Below are positions 1 through 9,682 of a stretch of 64,000 nt of DNA, in pieces (positions within the stretch are counted from its first letter, which is position 1; each line of letters starts with the position of its first letter). Origin of the DNA: a virus. Made by a program: the position numbers and the translations under genes. The notes under the pieces were generated by a model, which did not search any database, had not been told where the DNA came from, and was given only the letters and a program-made list of their open reading frames with translations. The stretch is taken from the IMG/VR virus record IMGVR_UViG_3300008119_000006. One strand, given 5' to 3'.

Positions 1-228
1 GTTCTTTTACAAGCGTGCTCAATCACGCCGCTAAAGATACCGTTCCCAACACCACCACAGGAACTAATGGAACCGGTACCAAACCTACTAACTCTACCGG
101 AAGGTAAAGTAGAACTATCAACTGCTGAAACCATTATTGTTAAAAATTATGGTCTCTACCATGAATTGAAAGCCAAACATGAGGCATTTCAGAATTGGGC
201 TAGACAGCAGAAAGCTTTAAACCCATGA
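1..228 (+). CDS. o-spanin-like lipoprotein (5' partial)
   Basis: Frame 1 reads VLLQAC-SITPLKIPFPTPPQELM...NWARQQKALNP*: lipobox plus Pro-rich stretch, upstream of endolysin/holin. Confidence 0.6.
   Translation, partial: VLLQACSITPLKIPFPTPPQELMEPVPNLLTLPEGKVELSTAETIIVKNYGLYHELKAKHEAFQNWARQQKALNP
3..107 (+). CDS. C-terminus of i-spanin-like protein overlapping the o-spanin (partial)
   Basis: Frame 3 open: SFTSVLNHAAKDTVP...GR*; typical overlapped Rz/Rz1 layout. Confidence 0.4.
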   Translation, partial: SFTSVLNHAAKDTVPNTTTGTNGTGTKPTNSTGR

Positions 229-572
229 AAAAACTGTTAATTCTTTTATGCATGATACCTAATCTTGTATTTTCTCAAGAGGTAATGAACGAAACTCGCA
301 CAATTTCTTGTGTAAACAAAGAGAACATATACAATCTCGTAGGTGAGTTTGATGAAATTCCGTTTATTCGTGCATTGAATTCTCTTGTGTTAGGTGTTCC
401 AATTTTCAACTCACTGGTAATTTTTGTCAATTCAAAAACAGGATCATTTTCAGTTGTAGAAAAAGTAGAAGAACAAAAATATTGTATTTTGGCAGTAGGT
501 GTTCGTTTTGAACCTATGCCAGCAGAAGCACTAAAAGAATATAATGAATTTGTTGAGAAGAAGAAACTATGA
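225..572 (+). CDS. hypothetical secreted protein
   Basis: Signal-peptide-like N-terminus; ATGA overlap with neighbours. Confidence 0.6.
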   Translation: MKKLLILLCMIPNLVFSQEVMNETRTISCVNKENIYNLVGEFDEIPFIRALNSLVLGVPIFNSLVIFVNSKTGSFSVVEKVEEQKYCILAVGVRFEPMPAEALKEYNEFVEKKKL

Positions 573-946
573 AAAAATTATTAGTTATTTTATCTGTTAG
601 TTTAATAACAGGATGTTCAACACTACAAGATTTGTGGGTAGCCAGTTATGACACCAATGAATATGCTTTGGTTAATAAGATTAGAACTATTGCTCAAACA
701 TCAAAAATTTGTGATGAATCTACTGTAAAGAATTTATATCTCACCACGGTAGAATTAAAAAACTTCAGCCAGTATCTTCCAAGAAATCGACAGAATAATG
801 AGTTAAATGCTGATTTATTAAGACTAGTTACAGAATTATACGATAAAGAACCGCCTATAGGTCAAGTTTACTGCAAGGCAAAACTAAATATCATAGAGAA
901 AACGGCAGAACGAATTCAACAAGTTACCGGGAGTAAACCCAAATGA
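569..946 (+). CDS. putative lipoprotein
   Basis: Lipobox LITGC after hydrophobic stretch. Confidence 0.65.
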   Translation: MKKLLVILSVSLITGCSTLQDLWVASYDTNEYALVNKIRTIAQTSKICDESTVKNLYLTTVELKNFSQYLPRNRQNNELNADLLRLVTELYDKEPPIGQVYCKAKLNIIEKTAERIQQVTGSKPK

Positions 947-1152
947 ATGACTTATTACAAGTATCACAATTAGCACAATCATATCAACAACAATACGAGT
1001 TAGGTCAGCTTTCTGCAGCCGATTTTAAAGAATTGATTAATGATTTAAACATTGTTGGAAAAATAAACGAAAATGCAGCGGCCTTACAGAGAAATCAAGA
1101 CATTTATAAAACATTAGTTACTGCAGTTGAATTGGCCGGAGCCATAGCATAA
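943..1152 (+). CDS. hypothetical protein
   Basis: ORF coupled to both neighbours. Confidence 0.55.
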   Translation: MNDLLQVSQLAQSYQQQYELGQLSAADFKELINDLNIVGKINENAAALQRNQDIYKTLVTAVELAGAIA

Positions 1153-1739
1153 TGGAATTAACCAAAGAACAATTAAAGCAATTACTGCCAAATAACCCAT
1201 ATATTGACCAATGGTATGAGGCTCTCTCACAATTGTTGGCTTTCATTGCTCAATGTGCTCATGAATCTGGTGGGTTCACAGCTCTCAAAGAAAATTTGAA
1301 TTACAAGGCTGCCACATTACGCAAGATATTTGGTAAGTATTTCCCTAATGATGAGATTGCCAATCAATACGCAAGCCTTCCAAACAAACAGGAAGCGATT
1401 GCCAATAAGGTCTACGCTAATCGTATGGGTAATGGAGATGAAGCGTCTGGTGATGGTTTCCGTTACTGTGGTCGTGGTCTAATTCAACTGACCGGTAAGA
1501 GTAATTACCAATCGTTTGCAGATAGTCTGGAAATGAATGTTGAAGATGTGCCAGAATATCTACAAACATTTGAAGGTGCTGCACAATCAGCTTGCTGGTT
1601 TTGGGAATCAAATAATCTCAATCAATGGGCTGATAAAGAAGATATCTTAACATTAACTAAACGTATCAATGGTGGTACGATTGGACTTGATGATAGAATT
1701 AAACATTATGAACACGCTAAACATATTTTGGGGGCATAA
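1152..1739 (+). CDS. GH19 chitinase-like endolysin
   Basis: AFIAQCAHESGGF, ENLNY, YANRMGNG, YCGRGLIQLTG, TKRINGG motifs. Confidence 0.9.
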   Translation: MELTKEQLKQLLPNNPYIDQWYEALSQLLAFIAQCAHESGGFTALKENLNYKAATLRKIFGKYFPNDEIANQYASLPNKQEAIANKVYANRMGNGDEASGDGFRYCGRGLIQLTGKSNYQSFADSLEMNVEDVPEYLQTFEGAAQSACWFWESNNLNQWADKEDILTLTKRINGGTIGLDDRIKHYEHAKHILGA

Positions 1740-2125
1740 TGGCAGAAGATTGGATGCAAAAGCGCTGGCGTCCTGCCATGGGTTGGATGTATATGGTTGT
1801 CTGTATGTTTGATATGGTTATATTTCCTGTTTTATGGAGTATACTTCAAGCTGTAAATCATGGTCAGGTACACAACCAATGGCAACCACTAACATTACAA
1901 GGTGCAGGATTATTTCACCTTGCTATGGGTGCAGTTCTTGGTATTGCTGCTTTTGGTAGAACACAAGAGAAAGTGGCTAGTACTACTGCAAACAATATGC
2001 AGACGCCTGTACCAAGTTTTAGTGGTGTAACATCTCCTGCTTTTGTTGCAACACCACCTACACCAACGCCAACAACCATGGGTGGAAAATTTGCTCCACC
2101 ACCAGCATCACAACCTGAACTATAA
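1739..2125 (+). CDS. holin (3TM/GTA-holin-like)
   Basis: WRPAMGW...GAVLGIAAFGRTQEK motif, TM segments, next to endolysin. Confidence 0.75.
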   Translation: MAEDWMQKRWRPAMGWMYMVVCMFDMVIFPVLWSILQAVNHGQVHNQWQPLTLQGAGLFHLAMGAVLGIAAFGRTQEKVASTTANNMQTPVPSFSGVTSPAFVATPPTPTPTTMGGKFAPPPASQPEL

Positions 2126-2133
2126 GGACAATC

Positions 2134-2253
2134 ATGTTAGATACAATTTTTTGGATTGCAATCGGCGCATTTGTAGGTTGGAATTTTCCACAACCATTTT
2201 GGGCTAAAGCAATTCAAGCAAAAATCCAGGCTATGATAACCAAAGGAAAATAA
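2134..2253 (+). CDS. small membrane protein (39 aa)
   Basis: MLDTIFWIAIGAFVGWNFPQPFWAK..., AAGGA RBS. Confidence 0.6.
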   Translation: MLDTIFWIAIGAFVGWNFPQPFWAKAIQAKIQAMITKGK

Positions 2254-2254
2254 A

Positions 2255-2431
2255 ATGAAACAGTTATTAATTTCATTGGGTTTAGTGTTTTGTTTTTCAC
2301 AAGTTTCTTATGCTGAAGCCGTGGTAAAGAAAGTCTGCCGTGTAGATGAAAAAACCAAAAAGGAAGTGTGTAAGAATGTTAAAACACACAAGAAACTAGA
2401 AGGTACAAAAGTACCAGATAAGAAGAAATAA
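2255..2431 (+). CDS. small secreted basic protein (58 aa)
   Basis: Signal peptide, two Cys, Lys-rich; AAGGA RBS. Confidence 0.6.
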   Translation: MKQLLISLGLVFCFSQVSYAEAVVKKVCRVDEKTKKEVCKNVKTHKKLEGTKVPDKKK

Positions 2432-2432
2432 A

Positions 2433-2852
2433 ATGGCAGACGATATCTCAGAAATCAAAGTTGATGTTGGTGTTTTAAAGACACAAGTATTGACTTTATC
2501 TGCTCTTTGTAATAAAATGGATCAGGTCATAGAAAAACTGGTGGATCAACACGACCGCCATATTGCAAAGGTTTACACAAACATGGATAATCGTAGACTA
2601 GAAACGGAAGCCGATATCAAAGAGATACATCAGCGAATAGATACCGTTTTGGACAAAATGGAAACTTCCAACAAAGAAATTATGGAAGAATTCAAATCTC
2701 TCCGTAAAGATATGAGTGACCATAACAAACAAGAGAAGGATGCTCTAGATGCCTTACTCAAATGGAAGTGGATGTTAGCCGGTGGTATTATTGCTATCTC
2801 ATGGTTGATTTCACACGTAAATCCTGATACAATAGTCAAGTTTATTAAATAA
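2433..2852 (+). CDS. coiled-coil protein with C-terminal TM helix
   Basis: Heptad pattern, KWKWMLAGGIIAISWLI. Confidence 0.6.
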   Translation: MADDISEIKVDVGVLKTQVLTLSALCNKMDQVIEKLVDQHDRHIAKVYTNMDNRRLETEADIKEIHQRIDTVLDKMETSNKEIMEEFKSLRKDMSDHNKQEKDALDALLKWKWMLAGGIIAISWLISHVNPDTIVKFIK

Positions 2853-2870
2853 TTAATTGGTTTCTATATT

Positions 2871-3887
2871 ATGAGTGTTTTTATTGACAGGACTTTCCTG
2901 TTGCGCATGTCACCTAAGTTGCCAAGGTTCGCCAAGAAAAAAGACGACCTCTATAACTTCAGGTGTCCTTTGTGTGGCGATTCCCAAAAGAATAAAACTA
3001 AATCCCGTGGTTTTGTATACCGCAAACAAAATGACTATTTTTATATGTGTCATAATTGTGGCGTATCAACTACATTTTATAATTTTTTAAAATTAGTAGA
3101 CGAAAGCCTAGTAAAAGAGTATCAACTTGAAAGATATAAAAATGGAGAAACAGGAAACAACAACTATCCCAAGCCTGACTTTGAAGATTTCAAGACAGAG
3201 AAACCGTCATTTAAGAAAGCGTTGGAACTTCCATCAATCGACAGTTTACCAGAGGCGCATTTTGCTAAGGGCTATGTTCATGACAGACGGATTCCAAAGA
3301 CCTTTCACTCGCAACTATACTATGCGGAAGATTTCGCAGCCTTCATACAAAGTCTTGGGATTGAGAACACAAACCTTAAAGAGAAAGACCGCCGGCTCGT
3401 CATACCGTTTTATGATAAAGAAAAGAACTTGGTCGCACTTCAGGGGCGAGCGTTAGGCGAATCCAAGCTTAGATACATAACATTGAAGCTACATGATGAT
3501 AATAAAAAAGTGTTTGGCATGGATAGAGCTAACACAGAGTTAATGGTTTATGTTACTGAAGGTCCAATTGATTCAATGTTTTTAGATAACGCAATAGCAA
3601 CAGCAGACTCCAATTTAGAATCGGTCACCGATTGCGTGGACAAGTCCAATGTGGTTCTGGTGTTCGATAATGAACCTCGTAACAAAGAAATAGTCGCAAA
3701 GATGGAACACGCCATAGATAACCATTTTAATGTTGTTATATGGCCAGAATATATTAAAGAAAAAGATATTAACGATATGGTGTTGGACTCTGATTTTTCA
3801 TTGGATGAAATTCAAGATATTGTAAATAAAAATACCTTCATAAATCTTAGAGCAAAGATGGAATTCGTGAATTGGAAGAAAGTTTAG
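2871..3887 (+). CDS. gp61: DNA primase (T4 gp61-like)
   Basis: Zn finger CPLCGDS...CHNC, TOPRIM EGPIDSMF and DNEPRN, KDINDM. Confidence 0.95.
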   Translation: MSVFIDRTFLLRMSPKLPRFAKKKDDLYNFRCPLCGDSQKNKTKSRGFVYRKQNDYFYMCHNCGVSTTFYNFLKLVDESLVKEYQLERYKNGETGNNNYPKPDFEDFKTEKPSFKKALELPSIDSLPEAHFAKGYVHDRRIPKTFHSQLYYAEDFAAFIQSLGIENTNLKEKDRRLVIPFYDKEKNLVALQGRALGESKLRYITLKLHDDNKKVFGMDRANTELMVYVTEGPIDSMFLDNAIATADSNLESVTDCVDKSNVVLVFDNEPRNKEIVAKMEHAIDNHFNVVIWPEYIKEKDINDMVLDSDFSLDEIQDIVNKNTFINLRAKMEFVNWKKV

Positions 3888-3940
3888 CATATCACATCAG
3901 ATTTAGAATTAAATTCAACAACAATAACAACAAGGTGAAT

Positions 3941-5731
3941 ATGGAATATCTAGGAATTAAAATTGATTTAGAAAAAGATAAACTTTTTGACGAATTAGGC
4001 ATCAAACGATTAAAAGAAAGTTACATGAGGGAAGATGAAGAAAGTCCACAACACCGATTCGCCTTTGTATCAAAAACCTTTGGGAGCAATCCAGACCATG
4101 CACAAAGATTATATGAATACAGCAGTAAGCATTGGCTCAGTTATTCTACTCCCATTCTCAGTTTTGGTCGTAGTAAGCGTGGGATGCCTATATCATGTTT
4201 CCTTAATTATATTGAAGATACTGCAGAGGGATTAGTTGATAATCTATCAGAAACTAATTGGCTGTCTATGTTGGGTGGCGGAGTCGGTATCGGCTTTGGT
4301 ATTCGTTCTGCTGATGACAAGTCTACAGGTGTTATGCCACATCTCAAAATTTATGATGCGAGTTCTTTGGCATATCGGCAAGGCCGTACTCGCAGGGGTT
4401 CGTATGCTGCTTACTTAGATATAAGTCATCCAGATATTATATCTTTCCTCGAAATGCGAAAGCCGACAGGCGACCAAAATCAACGTTGTTTGAACTTACA
4501 CCATGGTATTAATATCACCGATGAGTTCATGCACATCATTGAACAATCTATGTTGGATCCCGAATTTGATGATTCTTGGAAGTTAGTTGATCCAGCATCA
4601 AACGAAGTTCGTGAAACTGTATCAGCGAAAATGTTATGGCAAATGATTCTCGAATTGCGTATGCACACAGGTGAACCATACATTCATTACATCGATACAA
4701 GCAACAATAAATTACCACAACACTTAAAAGATTTGGGATTAAAAGTACATCAATCAAATCTTTGTTCTGAAATTATTTTACCCACCAATGAACAGCGAAC
4801 AGCAGTATGTTGTTTATCGAGTTTAAATTTGGAGACATATGATGAATGGAAAGATAACAAACTATTTCTTAAAGACGTTGCTGAGATGCTTGATAACGTG
4901 CTCAATTACTTCATTGATAATGCTCCTGACAGTATCAGTCGTGCTAGATACTCCGCTCAACGAGAGCGCTCTATTGGCATTGGTGCTCTCGGGTTTCATG
5001 CTTATCTACAGCGTAACGGAATCGCTTTTGAAGGTGTTATGGCCAAAGTTGCCAACAACCGTATTTTCAAATCTATTCGAGAGGGACTAGATGTTGCGAA
5101 TAAAGAACTTGGACTGGAAAGAGGTGAGGCTCCTGATGCGGTGGGAACTGGCAATCGTTTTAGTCACCTTATGGCTATTGCACCAAACGCATCCTCTTCA
5201 ATTATCATGGGTAATACTAGCCCTAGCATTGAGCCTTACCGTGCTAACGCTTATCGACAAGATACTCTTTCGGGATCCTTCTTAAATAAGAATCGTTGGT
5301 TAAATGAATTAATTACTAAACTATCACATGATAAATCGGCCGAATGGTACGATGATGTTTGGTCATCCATTATTGCTAATGATGGTTCTGTTCAACATTT
5401 GGATTGGATGTCACAACACGATAAAGATGTATTTAAAACATCCATGGAAATTGACCAACGATGGGTTATTGAATTGGCTGGTGATAGACAACAATATATT
5501 GACCAAGCACAATCACTAAATCTATTCTTTAGGCCAGATGCACACATTAAATATATTCACGCCATTCATTTTATGGCATGGAAAAAAGGACTGAAAACAC
5601 TTTACTACTGCCGTTCTGAAAAGATTGGTAAGGCAGATAAAGTATCTAAGAAGATTGAGAGAAATGTTATCAAAGAGCTAGATATGACACAAATTGCTCA
5701 AGGTAACGATTGTATAGCTTGCGAAGGATAA
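3941..5731 (+). CDS. nrdA: ribonucleotide reductase class Ia alpha subunit (no ATP cone)
   Basis: ISCF, SNLCSEI, APNASSS, LYY, C-terminal CIACEG; AAGGTG RBS before ATG 3941. Confidence 0.95.
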   Translation: MEYLGIKIDLEKDKLFDELGIKRLKESYMREDEESPQHRFAFVSKTFGSNPDHAQRLYEYSSKHWLSYSTPILSFGRSKRGMPISCFLNYIEDTAEGLVDNLSETNWLSMLGGGVGIGFGIRSADDKSTGVMPHLKIYDASSLAYRQGRTRRGSYAAYLDISHPDIISFLEMRKPTGDQNQRCLNLHHGINITDEFMHIIEQSMLDPEFDDSWKLVDPASNEVRETVSAKMLWQMILELRMHTGEPYIHYIDTSNNKLPQHLKDLGLKVHQSNLCSEIILPTNEQRTAVCCLSSLNLETYDEWKDNKLFLKDVAEMLDNVLNYFIDNAPDSISRARYSAQRERSIGIGALGFHAYLQRNGIAFEGVMAKVANNRIFKSIREGLDVANKELGLERGEAPDAVGTGNRFSHLMAIAPNASSSIIMGNTSPSIEPYRANAYRQDTLSGSFLNKNRWLNELITKLSHDKSAEWYDDVWSSIIANDGSVQHLDWMSQHDKDVFKTSMEIDQRWVIELAGDRQQYIDQAQSLNLFFRPDAHIKYIHAIHFMAWKKGLKTLYYCRSEKIGKADKVSKKIERNVIKELDMTQIAQGNDCIACEG

Positions 5732-6115
5732 ATGGCATATTCAGAAAAAGTATTGGATCACTATGAGAATCCAAGAAATGTAGGTAAGATAGAAATAGAT
5801 GATACCGTAGGTACTGGTATGGTCGGTGCTCCTGCTTGTGGTGATGTGATGAAATTACAAATTAAGGTAATTGATGGTATCATCACAGATGCTAAATTTA
5901 AAACGTATGGTTGTGGTTCTGCTATTGCTAGTAGTTCACTTGTTACCGAATGGGTTAAAGGCAAAACACTTGAACAAGCTGGTCAAATTAAAAACTCCCA
6001 AATTGCTGAAGAGTTGGCTTTACCTCCCGTTAAAATACATTGTTCAATTCTTGCGGAAGATGCGATTAAAGCAGCAATAAAAGATTACGAACTTAAATGT
6101 TCATGTAAGGTATAA
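5732..6115 (+). CDS. iscU: Fe-S cluster scaffold IscU
   Basis: MAYSEKVLDHYENPRNVG, GAPACGD, GCGSAIAS, LPPVKIHC. Confidence 0.95.
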   Translation: MAYSEKVLDHYENPRNVGKIEIDDTVGTGMVGAPACGDVMKLQIKVIDGIITDAKFKTYGCGSAIASSSLVTEWVKGKTLEQAGQIKNSQIAEELALPPVKIHCSILAEDAIKAAIKDYELKCSCKV

Positions 6116-6116
6116 A

Positions 6117-6440
6117 ATGGTTAAAGTAACCGATAATGCATTTAGTAAAATAAAAGATTTGATTGTAGAAGAAAAGAATCCTAATATGGCATTAAGAATG
6201 TCTGTAAAAGGTGGAGGTTGTTCGGGGTTTCAATATGAGTTTAGTTTTGATGAAACCCAAGAAGAAGATGATTTTGTGATTGAAAAAGATGATGTTAAAG
6301 TATTTGTTGATTCTATGTCAGCACAATATTTAATGGAAGCAACATTAGATTATAAAGAAGAAAAATTTAATTCACAATTTGTTATAACAAACCCCGAAGT
6401 TAAAGGTACCTGCGGTTGCGGTTCCTCATTTAACATATAG
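6117..6440 (+). CDS. A-type Fe-S carrier (IscA/ErpA)
   Basis: GGGCSGFQY and C-terminal CGCGSSF. Confidence 0.92.
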   Translation: MVKVTDNAFSKIKDLIVEEKNPNMALRMSVKGGGCSGFQYEFSFDETQEEDDFVIEKDDVKVFVDSMSAQYLMEATLDYKEEKFNSQFVITNPEVKGTCGCGSSFNI

Positions 6441-6451
6441 TAGAGAGAAGA

Positions 6452-7438
6452 ATGATTAAGAAAACAGAATCAAGGATGACCGATGAACGTTCATATTTTA
6501 AACCTTTTAATTATGCTTGGGCTTATGATGCATGGCTTAAGCATGAGCAATCTCACTGGTTACACTCTGAAGTACCAATGCTCGAAGATGTTAAAGATTG
6601 GAAGAAAAAACTCACCAAAGAAGAAAAACAATTTCTCACACACATCTTCCGATTCTTTACCCAAGGAGACATTGACGTTGCTGGCGGTTATGTTAATAAT
6701 TATCTGCCTTATTTCCCTCAGCCTGAAATACGAATGATGTTGTTGGGCTTTGCTGCTCGTGAAGCACTTCATGTGGCCGCATATTCACATTTGATTGAAA
6801 CTCTTGGTTTACCAGAAACAACATACAATGAGTTTATGGAATATGCCGAGATGAAAGAGAAGCATGATTATGTATTGAATATTGCTGAACAAAATACAAC
6901 CAAAGAAAACACAGCAGCACACATTGCTACATTCTCTGCCTTCACCGAAGGTATGCAATTGTTCTCATCATTTATTATGTTGTTGAACTTCCCACGCCAC
7001 GGTAAGATGAAAGGTATGGGTCAAATTGTTACTTGGTCTATTGTTGACGAAACTCAACACACCGAGAATATGATTAAATTATTCCGCACATACATAGAAG
7101 AAAATCGTGAAATTTGGAACGATGAACTAAAAGGTCGTTTATATACCATTGCTGAACGCATGGTAGAATTAGAAGATAAGTTTATTGACTTGGCTTTTCA
7201 AATGGGGCCAATGGAAGATTTAACAGCAGAAGATGTTAAGAAGTATATTCGTTATATTGCCGACCGAAGATTAATTTCTTTGGGACTCAAAGGCCAGTTT
7301 AAAGTGAAAAGAAATCCACTACCATGGGTAGAAGAAATGATTAATGCACCAACACACACAAATTTCTTTGAGAACAGAGCAACCGATTATGCTAAAGGTT
7401 CTTTATCAGGAGATTGGGGTGATGTTTGGGCTCACTAA
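6452..7438 (+). CDS. nrdB: ribonucleotide reductase class Ia beta subunit
   Basis: FFTQGD, EALH..AY (radical Tyr), FTEG, DETQH, NFFE. Confidence 0.95.
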   Translation: MIKKTESRMTDERSYFKPFNYAWAYDAWLKHEQSHWLHSEVPMLEDVKDWKKKLTKEEKQFLTHIFRFFTQGDIDVAGGYVNNYLPYFPQPEIRMMLLGFAAREALHVAAYSHLIETLGLPETTYNEFMEYAEMKEKHDYVLNIAEQNTTKENTAAHIATFSAFTEGMQLFSSFIMLLNFPRHGKMKGMGQIVTWSIVDETQHTENMIKLFRTYIEENREIWNDELKGRLYTIAERMVELEDKFIDLAFQMGPMEDLTAEDVKKYIRYIADRRLISLGLKGQFKVKRNPLPWVEEMINAPTHTNFFENRATDYAKGSLSGDWGDVWAH

Positions 7439-7447
7439 AGGTTCAAC

Positions 7448-7633
7448 ATGACACAAAAACAACTATCAGGAGAATGCTTAAGTTGTGAATCAACTTATAG
7501 CGTAGCGTTTATGGAAGAAATGGTTTCCCAAGATTTACCAGAACATTGCCCATTCTGTGGTGAACAAATCGAAGAATTATCCGAGGACTATATAGAGGAT
7601 GATGACGATTTGGATAATGGAGAATGGGACTAA
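7448..7633 (+). CDS. small Zn-ribbon protein with acidic tail
   Basis: CLSC...CPFC. Confidence 0.7.
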   Translation: MTQKQLSGECLSCESTYSVAFMEEMVSQDLPEHCPFCGEQIEELSEDYIEDDDDLDNGEWD

Positions 7634-8061
7634 ACTGGCAATATAATAATACTGATTTTACGGAAGACTTGATTGGTAATAATTACGGATTCGTTTATTT
7701 AATTACAAATACCACGAATAACAAAAAATACATAGGTAAGAAATTCTTTTATTCTTCCAAAACCAAACAAGTCAAAGGTAAGAAAAAACGGTATAAAGCA
7801 TCAAGTGGATGGCAAACTTACTATGGAAGTAGTGCCGAACTGGCTAAAGATGTGTTACTATTGGGACATGAATCATTCACCCGTGAAATCTTACATCTTT
7901 GCCAGTCCAAAGGCGAATGTGGTTATCTCGAAGCAAAAGAGCAATTTATCCGTGGGGTCATGGAAACAGATGATTACTACAATTCATGGATAATGGTAAG
8001 AGTAAGAAAATCACACATCAAGGATTACAATGTTAGACTATCTCAAAAAACTCAAGGATGA
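7624..8061 (+). CDS. GIY-YIG nuclease-domain protein
   Basis: GFVYLITN...KYIGKK, YYGS, E...YYN. Confidence 0.75.
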   Translation: MGLNWQYNNTDFTEDLIGNNYGFVYLITNTTNNKKYIGKKFFYSSKTKQVKGKKKRYKASSGWQTYYGSSAELAKDVLLLGHESFTREILHLCQSKGECGYLEAKEQFIRGVMETDDYYNSWIMVRVRKSHIKDYNVRLSQKTQG

Positions 8062-8383
8062 TCCTGAAGGACCATTCGATGCAATCTTTTTTATGCCGAC
8101 TGAAGAAGAAGGCCAAGTTCACATTGAAGCAAATCAATTAAAAGATCCGGGTGAACCAATTGGTGGAAATTATTTGGGTCACACTTACGAAGTTATTTTA
8201 TTTAAAGATGATGCTGTTGAAGATAAGTTGTACAATATTGACCGATTCGAAGCAATCTTCTTGGACCCATATGAATATATCTCCAATCTCTTACCACAAG
8301 AATGGTTTGGTATGGTTGTGAGAAAGACTACCACTTCTGGTGCCTTTGTACAACGTATATTTGACAAACTGCAAGAATCGTGA
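8030..8383 (+). CDS. hypothetical protein
   Basis: ORF with AAGGA RBS. Confidence 0.6.
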   Translation: MLDYLKKLKDDPEGPFDAIFFMPTEEEGQVHIEANQLKDPGEPIGGNYLGHTYEVILFKDDAVEDKLYNIDRFEAIFLDPYEYISNLLPQEWFGMVVRKTTTSGAFVQRIFDKLQES

Positions 8384-8417
8384 TATAATATAATTTTGAA
8401 ACTATTGAAAGTTTGGT

Positions 8418-9257
8418 ATGATTCTCGTAGACTTAAATCAGGTATTACTTGCCGGCCTGATGGCACAAATTGCCAACCAAAAAGGTAAATTAGATGAGCA
8501 TTTAATCCGTCACATGGTATTAAATATCATCCGTAATCATGTGAAAAATTTTAGAGCAGAATATGGTGAAGTGGTATTGTGTTGTGACAACCGTAAATAT
8601 TGGCGCAAAGAATATTTCCCATTTTATAAAGCAAGCCGTAAGAAAAATCGTGATAAGTCCAACTTAGACTGGCATTTGATTTTTGATATGCTTGCCAAAT
8701 TTAAACAAGAACTCAAAGATAATTTCCCATACAAAGTGTTAGATGTTGAAGGCGCTGAAGCCGATGATATCATTGGTACATTGGCACCACGACAATCCGC
8801 ACATGAAAAAGTTTTGATTTTATCGAGTGATGGTGACTTCTTACAATTACAGAATTACCCAAATGTTAAACAATATAATCCATCACAGAAGAAATATGTG
8901 ATATCGGAGAAACCGATCCTAGAACTCAAGGAGAAGATTATTCGTGGAGATAAGGGTGACGGTATACCAAATGTACTTTCTTCTTCCGATTGTTTTGTCC
9001 GTGACCTCCGTCAAACTCCTATTACACAGAAGGTATTAGACAAATTAATGAGCGAGAGTTACCTAGAACAAAATGATACCGTCAAGGCTAACTTTATCCG
9101 TAATTCCACACTAATCGACCTCTCTTTTATCCCCACCGAGATTAGAGAGAAGATTATAAATACCTATGAAGAAACAAAGCCGGCTAAAGGCAAATTGCTA
9201 AATTATTTTATTGAGCATAAACTAAAGAACTTAATGGACGTAATTGAGGAATTCTGA
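8418..9257 (+). CDS. rnh: T4-type RNase H / 5'-3' exonuclease
   Basis: MILVDLNQ, YKASR, EADDIIG, SSDGDF, GDKGDGIPN. Confidence 0.93.
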   Translation: MILVDLNQVLLAGLMAQIANQKGKLDEHLIRHMVLNIIRNHVKNFRAEYGEVVLCCDNRKYWRKEYFPFYKASRKKNRDKSNLDWHLIFDMLAKFKQELKDNFPYKVLDVEGAEADDIIGTLAPRQSAHEKVLILSSDGDFLQLQNYPNVKQYNPSQKKYVISEKPILELKEKIIRGDKGDGIPNVLSSSDCFVRDLRQTPITQKVLDKLMSESYLEQNDTVKANFIRNSTLIDLSFIPTEIREKIINTYEETKPAKGKLLNYFIEHKLKNLMDVIEEF

Positions 9258-9682
9258 TGAAACACATCTATGAAGTTTTTGATGAATTTGAAATGGCTGA
9301 ATCCAAAAAAGAAAGAATGAATGTTATTGGAAGAAATTTGTCAAAACTGTTAGTAGAAGTTTTACAATTAACATATCATCCGGACTATCAATTCTTGATA
9401 AAAGAAATGCCAGAAAATTATGTTTTACCTACTGACCAATTACCGGGTTTAGGTAGAGTGCAATTATCAACCGAAATTCGTAAATTGTATTTGTTTAAAA
9501 AAGGCGATGATACTGCTGAGAGATTGACAGAAAGAAAGCGAAACGAATTATTAATACAATTATTAGAATCGCTTGAACCCCGTGAAGCAGAAGTTGTTAT
9601 TGGTATTTTTAGAAAAGACCAAGGTGTAAAAGGTCTTGATTATAAATTTGTAAAAGAGGCATTTCCACAACTATTACCTTAA
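9257..9682 (+). CDS. conserved T4-like hypothetical protein
   Basis: RNELLIQLLESL..EAE...VKEAFP, typical ORF downstream of rnh. Confidence 0.65.
   Translation: MKHIYEVFDEFEMAESKKERMNVIGRNLSKLLVEVLQLTYHPDYQFLIKEMPENYVLPTDQLPGLGRVQLSTEIRKLYLFKKGDDTAERLTERKRNELLIQLLESLEPREAEVVIGIFRKDQGVKGLDYKFVKEAFPQLLP

Noticed and set aside
3872-3940. N-terminal extension of NrdA (poly-Asn)
   Set aside because: It overlaps the primase end and runs through an (AAC)n spacer; the RBS supports ATG 3941
7624-8061. Intron-encoded homing endonuclease
   Set aside because: Free-standing and short; nrdA and nrdB are uninterrupted
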